A stretch of DNA of 64,000 nt from Sphaeroforma arctica JP610 (lineage: Eukaryota), in contig NW_014040542.1 of assembly GCF_001186125.1 (NCBI RefSeq), forward strand, positions 51,861 to 115,860. The letters are read 5' to 3'. The translations under genes and the position numbers were made by a program. The notes under the pieces were generated by a model that made no database searches, had not been told where the DNA came from, and was given only the letters and a program-made list of their open reading frames with translations. Positions 50,696 to 64,000 of this stretch are shown in pieces; positions within the stretch are counted from its first letter, which is position 1, and each line of letters starts with the position of its first letter.

Positions 50696-51978
50696 TCAGA
50701 ATGCCTGACTTGTTCTGTATATGCTAGGGTGTGAAGAGACATTCTCATGGAACTCGGGCGAGGGCGATCACGTATAATATTTCCGCTCATTAACAGATGC
50801 GGAAGATGGAGCGGACAGTAACGCGTAAAGAGACATTGGTGTTTTTGGGGTGCAGCCAAGATGTACTACGTCTATTTCAAGGTTGCAAGCACGTGCACTA
50901 TTATTATCGGAAGCCAAGGGATATTCGATCACTGTGTAGTCTGTTATTTGCGTTGTATAGTAAAACGCCCAAATACAGTAGGCTCATCAGTGATAAACGA
51001 TTTACGATAGCATGGAGGTACCAATCGCGAGGATGACTACTTAACAGATAGGCTTCTTGGGTTTATGACCAAATTGGGAGTCACGGCGTCTTTTGGCTTT
51101 CAATGATGCATAATAAATCACGTAAATCACATAAATATATTGAAATATGTTATTATATAGATATTGATATAAATTTACGCGAGATTTTCCAGTCAGATCA
51201 CATTTAATCTAGTGTTTGCATGGAATGCGCTTGAGATACATGTGTTAAGAATGCGCACAGTATCACGGCATCTCTACTTGCAGGCAATTGTGTAGAATAA
51301 TGAAATACAATGCATGTTCATAATTTGCTCTCAGGGTGAAGACAATTAGCTCGAGTAAATATTGTACAGCGGATATATGACAGGTTGTACGACAGCTCTT
51401 CGGCGTCAGGGTTGTTATAGAGATAAGTATTCTTATAGTTGTAGAGTCGACATCCTTTTTTCCACTTTGAAATCATCGATCGTATTGAAGCTCGCCGAAA
51501 CGGAATAGCTTGTGGATTATAATTTGGATAGGAACCGGCGAGACTATAGTAACAACTCTGGGGTCGAAGAGAAACACAATACATAAAGGATGCGAGCACT
51601 AAAACTCGCCTTGTTACCATCTGCGATAGCTATATGCGCTAGTGGTTTTACACCCCGTGAAGGTACGCGCTATCATAAACATTACTCCTCTGTAAAATTA
51701 AACTGGTTGGCTGTGTATTTATTTTTCTAGATGTCAAGTATACCCATACGTTGGCACATTTCTTGCACGATTATAAATGTGGGTAGTCGCGACAGTCAGG
51801 AGAATCACAATAGGACGGAATGACTGATGGAGAAATCTATCTCTCAGAGAACCAGGAGCATCTGTAACTCAAGTATCGCTACGTTTGATTGTCTTTCGCC
51901 AGTAGAATCTTATACTCATCGTATATATGTGTTTCATGTTCTCTCATACGTATGCTGTTCCCGCTATTGATTTTACAG

Positions 51979-54900
51979 ACTCTCTTACTGAAAATGTAAA
52001 GCACTACGAGTTAGTGACTGCCGAACAAGTGCATAGTACTGTACGTAGGGCAACTGAATTTTCGGGTGACGGCACACTTTCGGCTATTGATAACCACGTC
52101 ATTGAATACAAAACCACTGTGTTTGGCCGGCTCTTTCATATGGAACTAGTACGTGCGACACCCGCTTCCGATCGCACCCGCGGATCTGGTACGTAGCGTG
52201 TGTATGTTAGAAGTGATCGATTTTCTAAGCCCTCTGCGATGCAAGTGATCACAGAACAACCTTTAATATAATAAAGATTATAAAAGAAGCAGCTAATTCG
52301 TTGATATCTTTAAATATACTAGACGCCCTCGTTGGAGATGGACTATACCAAGGGCGGGTGCTCTCAAGCAATGTGGCCGAACAAACAGTAGGTATTGTGC
52401 GTGGGTATATGCAGGATGATCACTTCCGGGGCAGTGTCAGTACAGAAGATGAAGTGTTCTTCTTCGAACCGGCGCGGAGATATGCACAGCATGCGCATAG
52501 GCGAGCAGGGGATCGCGTCGTGTATCGGTGAGTTGTGCAGTGTTGTGTTTACGGCTGCTCGAAGGAGTATATCAGAAGAAAAATGTCATGAGCTCTGCTG
52601 GATTGTGTTCAATTTAGAAGGCTATGTTTTTATGTACTTTGTGTGTCGCACCATTCTAGGTTGGATGTATTGTTAATGGTAGGGTGTCTTAAAGTCAGAT
52701 AGGAATGTTGCTGAAATGTACGTAACCTGAATATCCATCACGCATAATGCAAAATGTGTTGGTGCTCAATTGCAATAGGATTTTAGGTACTTATCATCAC
52801 ACTTACGATTACCAAATCTTGAGATATGTACACCACATCATCGTCTCTTTCCAAACTGCTAAGTTAACGGACCTGTATTGGTGTATAGCCAGAAGTTAGA
52901 TTGTTTCTTTAAGCAGTCGTGAGGTAATGTGTCTTTCTCGGTGCCCGAGTCGAACCTGTTTATAAATTTCAACTGGCATAATAACTTGGCGGATATGACA
53001 GCACAGTATTGTAACAAAGTTTTTTTGCCTCCCATTCCTGTGTAGTGCTTCGGATGTCTCGTACAAGCACACTGATGGGAACACCTATGCGGGAGCTGCT
53101 ATGTTTAAATCGCTCGCCGCTAAAAAGGTGAAGTGCGGTACTATATATCAACTTTAATATGTTATAGGTGCAGCCGAATGGCTACAGATGTATGCACAAG
53201 TATTCTTATCTCAATAATGTATGAGTGACTGATGTATACATTTGGTGTCATAGGTAACCGGATGTTGCAGCGAATTACAATCAATGTACAAAAGCGGGGC
53301 ATCAATTAATAGCGCTTAATACACTGAAATTCGCGAATGAATTACGAACATGCAACTCGCAAACCGTAGAGGTCCTATTGCAAAGACGCCAATCACTTGC
53401 CTCAAGTACAGGCGAAAAACTGTCTAGTTTTAAAGTTCTATCGTAAATAACGGACAAGAGTTTCTATGTGTGCAGACTTGACGGAGACTCTATTTTATTC
53501 GGACATGTTGCTTCATGCATAATCCAGTTGGGTCATAATTTGGCATATGTGTCGCTAGATGGTGCCAGCATATGCATGCGTCCCATATGGTCAACATCTG
53601 GTCGTACTATTTTTCGTTTGAGGTGGAGACAAGGGCTAGCTTCTCCACTATCGGATCGTATAGTTGGAATACACTTGTTGCACAGATAGCGATCCAATCC
53701 ACGATATTAAAAGGCGGACAATTTTGTGTTGTATTTATGCGGTTTTCTTTTTTGTAGAGAAACTCACTTGAGCACCGGCCTCGATATCGGAGAGATGAAT
53801 TAGAGGAGTCACCATCGAGGGAAACAGACGGTCGCGTTTTCAATGTAACCGTCACTTTAACCGACTCCGACAACACGTGTTTGGTCAAGGCGGTAAGCGA
53901 TCATACCTACACACAGAGCCACATGACTGCTGGGTCAGCAGCCAAACACATGGAATGGGTATGTATGAACTTGGTCGTATTGTTTGTATGACAGATTATG
54001 CAATCAGCTTATTCTCCAAAAAGAGTTATGAAGTTTGTCACCAGGGAAAATTGATTCTCAACAAACTCCTTAACCGTCGCTTACCACTTCTGGAACTCGC
54101 TGTAACGCAATCTTTCCGAGCGATACGTCGTCATTACTTTGGATCGCATCCTTTTTACTGCGAATATCAAACTTGCAAACACTCGCTCTGTATATCAACT
54201 GACAATCAGGTTATCGGCGAAGTGGATCAGATCTTCTCCAGCGGGACTTTCTATGCGGGAGCAAATCCGTGGCACATCCGTGTAGCTCTGGCTCCCTTTG
54301 ATCCCATTGATACATACCTCTCGCCCACTGACTATCCCGAGAACATCAAAGGCTGTAAGTGGCATCTGCTGTGTGTGAAAGTTATGTTCGAGATTGTATA
54401 TTACGTGTTGGGAATGGAATGTATTTACTCGCAGCACCCACAGTCGATGGGGGAGCACACGTTATTTAATGGCTTACTATGAATCATGACCCAGTGAGAT
54501 TAGTATGTTAAATACCACAATATGCACCACAAGTTGTACAAACCTTCTGTGCTTGGCTTGATATCCAGTGGCGAACGAAACCCTAGATCCGGAAGGCGTC
54601 CTTCTGGAATTTGCCAAGGGCACCTGGAACGGATACTGCCTGGCGCATCTCTTTACACATAGAGAACACTACGGCACGCTGGGCCTAGCGTATGTGGCTA
54701 GTACGGACGTAGACAAGCCTGGGGGTATATGCGCGGTGAGTGCAGTTCTATTGCTGAGGATTCGTTCATGTATGTGGGGCAGTAGATAACCGTGGATATG
54801 TGGCGGGCTTGTTGACCAGGTTGGTGCGGCTATCTATTGCACTTCTGATAGTTGCGCACCCATAGCTTCCATGAATAGAAAATCGGAATCCGCAAACACG

Positions 54901-57900
54901 TTTAAGGGGCACTTGGTACTACTGTATGCAACGACTGACTACCAAAATTGAAATGAGCCTGGGATTTCGATGTATTGTGCACTTGGCAGATCGAAGTTGT
55001 TCGTACGTCGACATCATTTACTTGGACTTTCCCACTGTCCGTCAGTACCGTATGTATCCGTATCCGCACGTAGAATACCCCAGCCATCTTTCATCCGTGA
55101 GTTTGTCTATCTCATTCACCCAATACCAGGGCCGTGTCTCCACCTCCGAGGGGTATCTCAATCTGAATACTGGAATGCACAGCGATATCATGTTCGGCCA
55201 GACAATTCCTGATGCCGTGGAAGTCATTGCTACGGCTCACGAGATAGGTATGGCTTTTCTATATGGCTGGGTGGTGGGTTTACATTGTAAGCTGGGGATA
55301 TCCCAATTGGTTTGCATGATATAATAGACATGAACTGTTTGCACGGGTGGTTAGTTGTATGTTGTACTCGAACTGACCGAGATGAAGACGCTACTTGCAC
55401 GAATGAGATTCCTGTTGAACAATATCCACGGATGTACAGATTTTTTAACTGACGGCTTCTTATATGCATCTACTTCCAGGTCACGGATTTGGCGCATTGC
55501 ACGATTCATTGGATTGGCCGTGTTATGGAGTACCTGGTGGTCCGTATCTCATGTATGCATCGACATCCACTAAAGTCCAGGCAAACAACGATCAGTTCTC
55601 TGTGTGCTCCGTGGCCAGGTTAGTTTGCTGCGTGCGCAGCTCAGAGGAGTTACATAAATACAATTACAGCGTGTTTGTCGGGTTATCTCTGGATTGATGT
55701 AGAAGATGCTCATTCAGGGCTTGTTGTAGTTTAACCTGGGATCTCTGGCTATAAGTTATATCAAGTATGTATGCATACACTTGAAGCATGTACAGATTAT
55801 TGTCCGTCATAGCATCTGTGTTCGCGATAGCTGCTGCTTTGCACTTCGTTTGTAAAGGGACAGTTCACTTAGACGCACCCCGCACGTGTCAGATTACTCA
55901 CAATATCCGGAGAATGGTCACACAGATGCATGTTGATACAGTTCCTCGGTTCGCACTGAACTCTAGTTGCACTTATTTGCAGGTCGGTTCTTTATGCGTG
56001 TCACTGGTACACATAGTATAAACTTATCTTAGCCTCACTTCGAATGCCTATTTAATAGTGTTAACGATATGAGGACACTTTAACGTCTGAAAGTTCTCAA
56101 TTATAAAGTTGTGAGTCTCCCCGGCTTGCTGCCAATTTATTGCGGGATTAGGCTCTTGAGGGAGTACAGTACAGCCAATGCTTTTTCCCAGATGCTCTTG
56201 ACATTCCATATCTTCTTACTCGTGATTATTGTTCCAAATAAACATCCCCAGCATACGGTCTGTACTGACCGCTAAAGTAGAAAAGCAATGTTTTATGCCG
56301 TATCCGGGACAGTACTGCGGCAATGGTCTATTGGAGGGCGACGAACAATGCGATGCGTTTGGCGAAGGCAATTGCTGCACCAGCGACTGTAAGCTAAAGG
56401 ACGGGGCTGTGTGCGCTATTGCTCCATGCTGTGACTCGGCTACATGCCAATACCAACCGGCAGGCACTGTAAGTAGTACTTGGTCTTCATTTTTTAGTAT
56501 TCGTTTGCGTTGCTGGCGTATTGAGTAGCGTCTGCACTGCCAGTCTTGTTGCAGGTATTTAGTACAAATTGGGACGTCATGGATTAGTCTGAAATGGCAC
56601 AGTCAACGTTCGTGATCCGTACGCCGGTATCACGCACGCACTGGGTGCTGTACATACAGTTAGTATAAACTGCAGAGTAAGCTTGTATCGTGAGAAGACG
56701 TTAGCTTCAGGGGCTGGTATGTGCAAGAGCACACGGAAGTGTTATTCAAACAAGATACAATAGTAGATTGCAGGAGCTCTTCACACTAGCTGTGTGTCTT
56801 GTGTGTATTTACGTCTCCTTGGTTACAATCCTCTGTTTTTGGTATCTCATTCTGAGCAGCACAGTGGTGAACGGTGTTCCTCGATTGGATGAATTGTACG
56901 TATTGTGTAGAGTGCTCTTCTATCTGTTTTTGTGCAAAGAGTCAGCAGTGGATGTAGCGATACATGAGACCCCCGTGTCACGCACGAATCGACGCGTGTA
57001 ACGTGAAGGCAGCGGACCATACACAGGCACAGATTTATGTGCAGGCTTCTACGTCATATATACTTGCGAAGAGAGTCCATAGAGACGTAACACTGACCAT
57101 CTTTTTTATTTTCCTACTGTGTCGTAACTCCCTGGCGTTTCTCACGTCTTCTTATCGGCACGAGAGTTGCGCTATAACTGTTTATGTCGATGTGCAAATA
57201 TTGTACCATATATATTTGATTTCACGATAACGATGTGTGTGCACGGTCTACATATGAATCATTCGGTTTTGACTAGAATAACAATCTCGAACCCCGCTCC
57301 AGCTCTCTTTGCAAGCAGAAAACTTCGGACATTTGTAACAATGTCAAGTGGACATTCGACGGTCGCAATGGATACATATAATTGCATTCATTCAGTTTGG
57401 TATTCATACAATTATACACCCCATTTATGGTGTGAATCTGCGCAGGTGTGTACGGCTGCGACCGGGTGTTTGAAACGGGCAGTATGCACGGGCGAAGACA
57501 CCGAGTGTCCGTACCAAGAAACGCTACCAGATACCACCACCTGCGGGTCAGGGGAGATGCAGACCGATGCGTGGATGTGCAAAACTGGGGTGTGTGCCAA
57601 CACCCTCGAGAGCCAAGCTTCCATCATTCCGGAGGAGACTGATGATACAGTGTGCAGTCTGTTGCTCGATGCGTCGCAGTGCAACTGTCCAGAAGATGTG
57701 GGCGGGTGTAAGGTGAGTTCTGTCCCTGGCCGGGGGGGGAGAGGGCGGGGTGTCTGAGTAGGGTTGGGTTAGAGTGTATGTGTCGATGTCTGCTGTGAGA
57801 TTGCCTACAACTTTCTACATAGATCAGTACAGGGATTTGCAGTGATCGTAGTTAGGGTGGTCGGATACAGAGCTATTGCCTTCTACACTTCAACAAGAAG

Positions 57901-60089
57901 AAACATTCACAGCTTGTGACGAGCAATCATTACTATCTACTAGTACTGCTTGATGTATATGATTCAACCATCGCAACTGCGAGCCCAACAGATCTATTGC
58001 ACTAGTCCCTGAACTCTATCTGGCCATTCTATATCCAGCTCTGCTGTACATTCAGCGGGAACATAGTGAATGCCAACAGCACCAATACCGGGACAAATCA
58101 GAATACCACAGGCCCATGCATCACAGCGGAGAGTTACTGTGCGCTCAATGCACTGATTGACCCTGGGTGCCTGGTGAACGCAGGAAAAGACGCTCAGCTT
58201 ACACGCGTGCCAAACTTCGGCGGTGGGTATCCGTGTAATGACTACACCGGTTTCTGCGATGGCCACGGGGATTGCAAAGTGGTATATTATTCACGGATTT
58301 GTAATTATTGCACGCATGAATTTGTGGAAAGTGTAGGTGCGTCTCTGTTCCAGTTGGTGCATATTGTGTCTAATCTCTGGGGCTGTAAGGGGCACCTTGT
58401 GTAGGTTGGTCCGACAGGTATGTTGTAAAGAATTAGTATTGCCGTAGGGATATGAATAGAAAACATATTCTACACGACACACACATTCCATCTCTTACTA
58501 TCCTTACATACATTTTCTCCAGGCCAGTAACCCTGCTACAGCTTCTGTGGTCTTTCCCAACCCCTTGGTGTTCATCGAGTATACCTGGTAAGCTGCAGAG
58601 TATTTTATAACCAAGTCAGTTCAAATTTTAGTCTTGAGTGGGGTTGTGGTGTGGTTTCCGATCCTAGCGTGTGCCTATCAGCGTTGGAGGTCCTTCTGAG
58701 ATTGTATATAAGTTGTCTAGATTGCGGCACACGCAAACTCGAATCGACTTTTCTTTCCTGAGGTGTCGTTGCATTCCTTCCCCTCCATCGAATTCTACTC
58801 CGGATGAGCAAATCAAGTACGTGTCAGTAGCCTTTTTTTTTTGCACCTGTTTTCTACGGCAGGTACTACTTTGTATCTGGACTTATAGCTCTGCTGCTGC
58901 TAGTACTGTTCTACTTCATAGTAAACAGGTTTTGTCCTGGTAATAGGCGGCTGCGACGGAAGGTGTGTTTGTACGAATACAAGATACCTGGTGTGGAATT
59001 TCTGTTCTCTGCCTTGGTTGCAAGAAGCCATGGGCAAAGGAGGGGTCATATTGTTTCGAGAGCGGTGATTTCATATGCACACATGTGTGCAGACTATACA
59101 ACGGGTGAGTTGGTCACATCACAGCCGCTCAAGAAGTTAGCGGAATAACAGATTGCATACGCAAAGCTGCATTTTGCACTTGTGAGTGCGGAATAGCTGT
59201 TTAGCCAACACATGCATACGACGCTACCCCTGGACAGCTCCAGACGGTGGCTGCCAATGATCGATTGCCACTTAAACAAATACTTTAGCGCTCTGACCCT
59301 TGCCACAATCATATGAAAACAGCTTACTCGCGCATACTTGTCAGCCGTCGTACAGCCACTCTCGATGTCTCATATTCACGCTCAAACTTAGCTATCTGCA
59401 TCATCTGTTTGTTCTCTTCCACAAGGCCATCGAGCGAACGAGACGAGACGTGCGTACTGACTTAAAGCGTGCTAAGAAGAAAGAAAAGTACCAAGACACG
59501 GCCGACGAGCTGCTAGAGAGCGAGTTGTCCGTGGTAAGGCAGGCGTGTAGGCAGAGTTCGTTGTATCTATCATTTTGGATCAACCCGATACTTCGCCCCA
59601 TATTGCAGTGAATAGGCTGTTGGTAGAATGCGACCACGTAGGATCACTCTGAATATTCATATGCGATTTGAGTTTTGCAATTTTACGAATGCATACGATG
59701 CCGAAATGACGTCTGACCACTCCAGAACTATGCGAACCAGTTCTTGTGCAAAACGTTACATCTTGTTGCCACCGTTTGTCAGCGATGCATCCACATATTA
59801 TTGCACTCACAGAGTCTAGTGTTTTACGTTTGCTAGTTTCATATTCGACTTCGTCAACTGTTATATATAGGAAAATATGGATTTCGCTCGAGCCATATCC
59901 AGAGACGAGTACTCGGATATCGACGCATACGAGATGGAGGCGAGGGCTAGTCACGGTTCTCAATACAGTACAAGGAGTGATAGAATGTTCCGGGCGGAAG
60001 GCATGAGCACGTCACACGACCTATTCAAGACCCGTACAGCTTCGCACAAGGCGGCTACTCCAAGGATGGGACAGCTGTCTGAGGTCTGA
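51979..60089 (+). CDS. ADAM10/17-like membrane metalloprotease-disintegrin, catalytically intact; signal-peptide exon not resolved
   Basis: Exons 51979-52188, 52323-52527, 53048-53127, 53758-~53958, 54210-54354, 54569-54735, 55130-55247, 55480-55618, 56252-56468, 57446-57712, 58039-58281, 58523-58587, 58863-58920, 59426-59533, 59871-60089. Motifs are FFFEPA, RYRR, YCLAHLFTHREHYGTLGLAYV, HEIGHGFGALHD, YLMYA and CGNGLLEGDEQCD. A TM helix WYYFVSGLIALLLLVLFYFI is followed by a charged cytoplasmic tail. Confidence 0.92.
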
Positions 60090-61578
60090 ATATGTGCGCA
60101 CACAGAATTAATTCCTCAGTGATGCTCTATCTTCAGCTCTAGCTATCCATAGTTGCAGCATACCTTTTTTTTTTTGCTGCGTGGATCAAATTTGAGAGCA
60201 AAGCATTACCCCGAGCAGTGCCAATGTCTCTACTGATTATGTACTGTGTGCCATCAGCTCTTGTTAGTCAGTATGCGCCCACGTGTCAATTGCCACCGAT
60301 TACTCTGTGATAAGTTAACGGCTTTCTGGATGGCGTGGCCATCGTTTTAGATGGCTCTTTAGAATCGGCAACATTCGATCACTGATGTACTGTCCAATTT
60401 GCATCACTTGCAGGAAGGCGTGGTTTCGATGTTGTCGCTTGATCATCCTGTTAATTCTGATGATTCCGATGAGAACGAACCGTCCGCCTCTGGTACCACT
60501 AAGGTTTAGCGCAGGTGGCAGGGAGTATGATGAGTACAAAACCGACTCAGTAAAATCGCACCAATAAATTGGATTTAACAAGTTGACACATAGTTATGTT
60601 GCGACTTTCAGCACCATGTTTCGCATCCTTCAAGGAAATGGTATACTGGAAGTCACACTGCTCTTGAGGAGGCAAGGTTCTCAGAACGATCAATGCCAGA
60701 AACCCCTGCGTTGACCTGTGTACTTTACAATGTATTGTAATTATAATTATGAATTGATATTTCAAATATATAGATCCAATACAGTGTTTGTCTGAATCTT
60801 TAGTGGACCATAGGACTATAGACCTATATGAGTGACGACTGATGAACATAGCCCATGCGTTTTTTTAGACGGCTATGGCATAGCCTTATACGTATTTACT
60901 TTTAAAATATGGATTTTAGGGTCTATTTTGATTGAATGCTTTTGGGCACCGCTCGAAGTCAATCTGGCTCAACAAACGGTACTACTCACGGAGTCATGAG
61001 AGCAGTCGCAATACTACTTTACGCTTAACGGATACTATGCTTTGTATATTGAAAATTGGCGAGTCCTCTACCCACACCTCGGGGTTTTAAGATTAAGGTA
61101 GAGATTGGAATTCTCCGTGTGACTCTCAAGCAGCGTCTCAGGATTTATATTCGGTATCATATAATTGTCACTTTTGGTTCTAAGTTCTATTTGCATGCAG
61201 ATACATGTTTGCCGAATCTGTAGCGCATCGAATATCCCATTTAGCTTACAACCAGGCATAGTAATGGCGGCACATGTATAAGAATGTTAGTCTAGGACAC
61301 CCAGATCGAGTAGGGACGCGTGACATATTACTCACAAAAATCAGCCTATACGACATATTTTAAGATCTATTACATACGTCTCACTGCAGAGCCCGCATTG
61401 ACTAGGCATGTTGTAGGTTGTGACATATCTTATTACAAGCTCGCCACATCAATAGATACGACATGTATCTGCTCAGATGACCTTCGAAATAGAAGGTAGT
61501 AACTCAATCCCACTCTCACACCTCAAAGGTGTCAAGGGAGCTACGACGTTTGTCATACTGCTCTATACTTAAACAGAT

Positions 61579-63750
61579 TTACCCCGTGGCGACCAAATAG
61601 TATACATAAGGCTGTGCCCCTAGTGACAGATCCACCGATAACTGGGCCGTCTGCTCCACGTCGTTGCTGTGCACATTATCGATCGCTTCCGAGGCAGTCT
61701 CTTTTGACGGGTGGTTGTGACCTACACCTCCACTGTGGTGACTATTAGATGCACACGTGGCCATTATGGCGCTATCTTCTTGGATTGTACCCTCGTGTGT
61801 CGCACCAGTTTGGGCTTCTCTATATGCTCCGTTCTGCAATGCCTGAAACAGCTGTGTGCAGTACGCATGATGTGAGGCATGGCGTTCTGCCAGGCTCACC
61901 GGAGGCTTTGTTCTTGTAGCGAACCTACTATAGTCCGAAGTGCTCGATCTAGGACTTGCTGTACGCATGTCATCAGTCTTAGTAGGAGTGACGCCTACAT
62001 CAAGCTTAGTTTGAGTTGGCCTGACGCCTGTAGCTGCCACGGAGTGCAAATGAGTTGTTGCTGTATGTGCCGTCGTGTGTCTGTGTGAGGGGGTGCTTGC
62101 TGATGCGTTCGCAGAGTCCAGACTAGGTTTTCTCGGCGACACTCGTGCATGGTGCCGATTGTCGGGGTGTAGCTGATCAGAAGCCGCAACCGAATTTGGA
62201 ATGCTCTGCTTGGATGCGCAGCACGGTTGCATGAAGAAGCCTGCAGTAAGATTGGAGCGCATAGTATCCTTATTACATTGTTTACATCGTTGACTACGTT
62301 TACTGCTCTCGCAAGCACAGCCGTGCCATTGCCCTTTGCGTAAAATAACGCGCAGTCTGTGGTAAACTCTGATGGTCTGCGATGCCAACTCCCCACACAA
62401 ATTTGACCCGAGCATGAGCACCTGAACATCTTCAATACACCCCTGTGCACTTGCTCCTCCCGTGGAGCAATATGTGCCCTGATTCCCACATATACAATAG
62501 CTAGTCTTACACCTGTGTGTGCTCGTGCGTACTTCATCGCCGGCTCTGCGCGGGACTTCTGTTGAACCGTCACAACTCCCGTTCTCCTCGAAGCCACTCA
62601 TAATCTTGGAACGCGTACCAATTTGCAAACTATAGTATGGCGTGCATATTTGGGTGTCTTGTGTTTCCCTGTATTCTGACACCTGCGTACATACGCAAGC
62701 AGTCTCGCGTGCACATGTCCTCCTCACTGCACCGTCGCCCATACTTGCACACTGTCGTGTACACCCTTCAGCACAACGTCCTATACAACAGCACACGTGA
62801 ACGCCCTGTCGCTCAAGTGTTTCACAGAGCCACTCGTCTATGTCTTCATCGCACAAGAGTTCCATTAGATCCTTCTGGATAAAGCCGGGATAGCTTTCAC
62901 CACCACTCGCAGCAGCACTTGCGGCGATCTTCTCCGTGTCCCTATCAATGCCTACAATCTGGGCCTTGGGGTACATGTGCGACAACATTCCACACAACAT
63001 GCCACTGCCGCAGCCGACATCCATAATAACTAATCGCATGTTATTCGGTGTTGTTGAACTATCGTGTACTTTTGAAGTCATGATATTTATGTGGGCGGTG
63101 ATGTTGTGGAGATTCAGACCATCAATAGTGCGGTTGGAGAGGATGTCATTGTGCGTGGGCGATGGTGTGCGCTTGTTCTTGCTCTTCGTTCCATTGGCAA
63201 CCAAGAGCCCTTTCACGTGCCGAAGAATGGCCACATTGTGCTTCAGTTCAGACACGTGATGTGGGTGTGCAAGGGCAAACAACTCGGACAGGTTTGCATC
63301 GGAGAGCATCGTGTCCACTTTAGAGTCCTTTGCTAGTTGCTTCATACCCAGACATACAAAGTCTGGCACCTCTCTCTCAGTGTCTATATAGGAGTGTGTG
63401 TGTGTCAGATTTACCATTTCGCCTTTAAATACGCCTTTGACTGCGTGCTCTTCATTAGAATATAGTGTAGTATACTTTGTAGTTTTATCCTCTGAAGCCC
63501 TGCTATCACACCCTCCTAGAAAATGAACCGACAAGGTGTCTCGCATATCTTTTATAACTTGGTCTTCTCGGCACAGTCTATCATTCTTTATATGCGGCTG
63601 TGCTACTGCTACACATCCACCAAACTGTCCCCGTTGTCGTGGATTCGTGTTTGATGATATGCCAGAGCTTTCCTGCCAGACTATTGCTTCGTGCTGTGTT
63701 GTCTTCATGCCTACAGCACTCAGACTGCTCGACGATAGTGATCTATGCAT
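61579..63750 (-). CDS. Class I SAM-dependent methyltransferase (Methyltransf_32 / METTL25-RRNAD1-like pattern), single 723-aa ORF
   Basis: Motif I LVIMDVGCGSGMLC and motif II IVGIDRD. Later LGSNLCGELA and MQPCC resemble the GLHxCGDL and PCC motifs of that family. Long low-complexity insertions separate the motifs, so the subfamily is uncertain. Confidence 0.72.
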   Translation of the reverse strand: MHRSLSSSSLSAVGMKTTQHEAIVWQESSGISSNTNPRQRGQFGGCVAVAQPHIKNDRLCREDQVIKDMRDTLSVHFLGGCDSRASEDKTTKYTTLYSNEEHAVKGVFKGEMVNLTHTHSYIDTEREVPDFVCLGMKQLAKDSKVDTMLSDANLSELFALAHPHHVSELKHNVAILRHVKGLLVANGTKSKNKRTPSPTHNDILSNRTIDGLNLHNITAHINIMTSKVHDSSTTPNNMRLVIMDVGCGSGMLCGMLSHMYPKAQIVGIDRDTEKIAASAAASGGESYPGFIQKDLMELLCDEDIDEWLCETLERQGVHVCCCIGRCAEGCTRQCASMGDGAVRRTCARETACVCTQVSEYRETQDTQICTPYYSLQIGTRSKIMSGFEENGSCDGSTEVPRRAGDEVRTSTHRCKTSYCICGNQGTYCSTGGASAQGCIEDVQVLMLGSNLCGELASQTIRVYHRLRVILRKGQWHGCACESSKRSQRCKQCNKDTMRSNLTAGFFMQPCCASKQSIPNSVAASDQLHPDNRHHARVSPRKPSLDSANASASTPSHRHTTAHTATTHLHSVAATGVRPTQTKLDVGVTPTKTDDMRTASPRSSTSDYSRFATRTKPPVSLAERHASHHAYCTQLFQALQNGAYREAQTGATHEGTIQEDSAIMATCASNSHHSGGVGHNHPSKETASEAIDNVHSNDVEQTAQLSVDLSLGAQPYVYYLVATG

Positions 63751-64000
63751 AGCGCTCTGATCTATTAATCGCAGTGTGATAGGTAGTGGGCATATCTGAC
63801 TGTCGGGGCTGTCTTAGGTCTCTTGGTCGGGGCATAGAAACCAGAGCATACACCATACATATAGCCTGGAAGTAGAAATCTTCTTGGCGCGCGATGCACT
63901 ATCGAGGAATATGCGTTATTTAGTAGTTTCTAAGTCACACACCGTGATACTATTCTCATCATGGCGATGACGAGATGAGATGAGATTGCTCGACTGTCAC

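Noticed and set aside
51318..51620. 100-aa minus-strand ORF with a hydrophobic N-terminus
   Set aside because: No recognisable domain; it lies in the probable 5' region or first intron of the plus-strand ADAM and has no other support.

Overview
Intron-rich eukaryotic genomic DNA with GT-AG introns, long (AT)n/(GT)n microsatellites and small N gaps. The gene set resembles an opisthokont, plausibly a unicellular holozoan, but that is inference only. Hand-spliced gene models in order: first coding exon of a TRRAP/Tra1-like gene (-); LIS1/PAFAH1B1 (+, 11 exons, one GC-AG intron); a ~7 kb accessory interval with local duplications and a decayed Ty3/Gypsy-like integrase; MAD1 (-, 17 exons); WDR26/Gid7 (+, 8 exons); a GH79 glycosidase block (-); an ADAM10/17-like block (-); an intronless SMYD methyltransferase (-); a second ADAM10/17-like gene (+); and an intronless class I SAM methyltransferase (-). 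The main finding is the minus-strand ADAM paralog. It has lost its catalytic Glu (HSIGHGFGASHD) and shows no transmembrane exon. It appears to splice in frame onto the GH79 domain, which keeps both catalytic Glu, predicting a ~1290-aa pseudo-protease/disintegrin-glycosidase fusion beside a canonical membrane-bound ADAM (HEIGHGFGALHD). All exon calls are manual and need RNA evidence.
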